DNA from: an uncultured SAR116 cluster alpha proteobacterium
GTDB lineage: Bacteria; Pseudomonadota; Alphaproteobacteria; Puniceispirillales; Marisalimonadaceae
Length of the DNA: 64,000 bases
Reading direction: 5' to 3'
NCBI GenBank assembly: GCA_902595515.1
Contig: CACJQK010000005.1
Coordinates: 3,163 to 67,162 of the forward strand
Shown here: positions 63,101 to 64,000 of the stretch, piece by piece
Layout: each line of letters opens with the position of its first letter
Numbering within the stretch: position 1 is the first letter of the stretch
Position numbers and translations under genes: made by a program
Notes under the pieces: model-generated
Seen by the model: only the letters and a program-made list of their open reading frames with translations
What the model was told of the DNA's origin: nothing
The model's database searches: none

Positions 63101-64000
63101 TTGAAAGTAGTTACAAGATTTGCACCCTCACCTACAGGATATTTACATATTGGGGGGGCTAGAACTGCAATATTCAACTATTTGTTTGCAAAAAAACACT
63201 CTGGTAAATATTTGGTTAGAATTGAAGATACCGATAAAAAAAGATCTTCTAAGGAAGCCATTAAAGCTATACATGAAGGTTTAAATTGGTTGAACGTAAA
63301 TTCTGAACATAAAGTAGTTTACCAATCCCAAAACTATAATACTCATATTAAAGTTGCGTATGAACTTTTAAAAAAAGGGCATGCCTACAAATGTTACCTA
63401 AATTCTGATGAATTAGAAAAATTAAGAATAAAAAGCCGTAAAAATGGTATCCCAATAAAATCACCTTGGAGAAACAAAAAAGAATTTGATGATAATAAAA
63501 ACAAAGGATTTGTTATACGTTTAAAAATGCCATCTGATGGTACTACAACTATTGATGATATAGTACAAGGAAAAGTAACTATTAAAAATGAAATCCTAGA
63601 TGATATGGTTATTTTAAGATCAGATAATACACCTACTTATATGTTATCTTCAGTTGTAGATGACAATGACATGGGAATTACCCATATAATCAGAGGTGAC
63701 GATCATTTTAACAATGCATTTAGACAAATACAAATTATTAAATATCTTAACTGGAAAATACCATATTACGCACATATACCCCTAATTCATGGAACAGATG
63801 GAGCTAAACTATCTAAAAGACACGGAGCCACAAGTCTTTTTGATTATCATGATTTAGGTTACACTAGTGATGCAATGTTTTCATATTTACTTCAATTAGG
63901 ATGGTCAACTAAAAATGATGAAGACTATTGTATTGATAGAGCAACCAAGTTATTTACTCTTGAAAATGTAAGTAAGTCGCCAGCAAAATTTGATTTAAAA
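63101..64000 (+). CDS. gltX: Glutamate-tRNA ligase, N-terminal part (runs off window end)
   Basis: Manual translation from TTG 63101: MKVVTRFAPSPTGYLHIGGARTA...RIEDTD...THIIRGDDH...KLSKRHGA. Confidence 0.96.
   Translation, partial: MKVVTRFAPSPTGYLHIGGARTAIFNYLFAKKHSGKYLVRIEDTDKKRSSKEAIKAIHEGLNWLNVNSEHKVVYQSQNYNTHIKVAYELLKKGHAYKCYLNSDELEKLRIKSRKNGIPIKSPWRNKKEFDDNKNKGFVIRLKMPSDGTTTIDDIVQGKVTIKNEILDDMVILRSDNTPTYMLSSVVDDNDMGITHIIRGDDHFNNAFRQIQIIKYLNWKIPYYAHIPLIHGTDGAKLSKRHGATSLFDYHDLGYTSDAMFSYLLQLGWSTKNDEDYCIDRATKLFTLENVSKSPAKFDLK

Overview
64 kb of very AT-rich, compact chromosome from an Alphaproteobacterium, probably a streamlined marine lineage (gene order eno-ftsB-pdhABC-lpdA-lipA, birA-coaX-rnj, trpDC-moaC-moeA-lexA-gltX; GAAC-N7-GAAC LexA box; Na+-NQR). 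Positions 1-27 kb and 54-64 kb are housekeeping genes. The main oddity is at 27-36 kb. The slot normally held by the complex I operon (nuoA-N, upstream of birA-coaX-rnj) holds a complete nqrABCDEF operon with divergent apbE-nqrM. One intact but heavily eroded NuoL-like gene remains, lacking most proton-pumping residues and the C-terminal lateral helix. The accessory stretch at 36-54 kb carries a three-subunit molybdenum hydroxylase of unknown substrate flanked by EamA transporters, a Pif1 helicase and an acyl-CoA ligase/lipase pair. It also carries the cp-ATP-grasp/alpha-E/transglutaminase/Anbu operon and a probable Zur-controlled cluster (COG0523, thioesterase, iota-type carbonic anhydrase, divergent folE). 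Sequence-level anomalies: apparent ATT and ATA/ATC starts (fabH, lipase), an in-frame TAG in an EamA gene, and a 1-nt frameshift in trpD. One tRNA-Glu is present. No CRISPR, rRNA, integrase or IS was seen. All family calls come from motif recognition by eye, not database searches.
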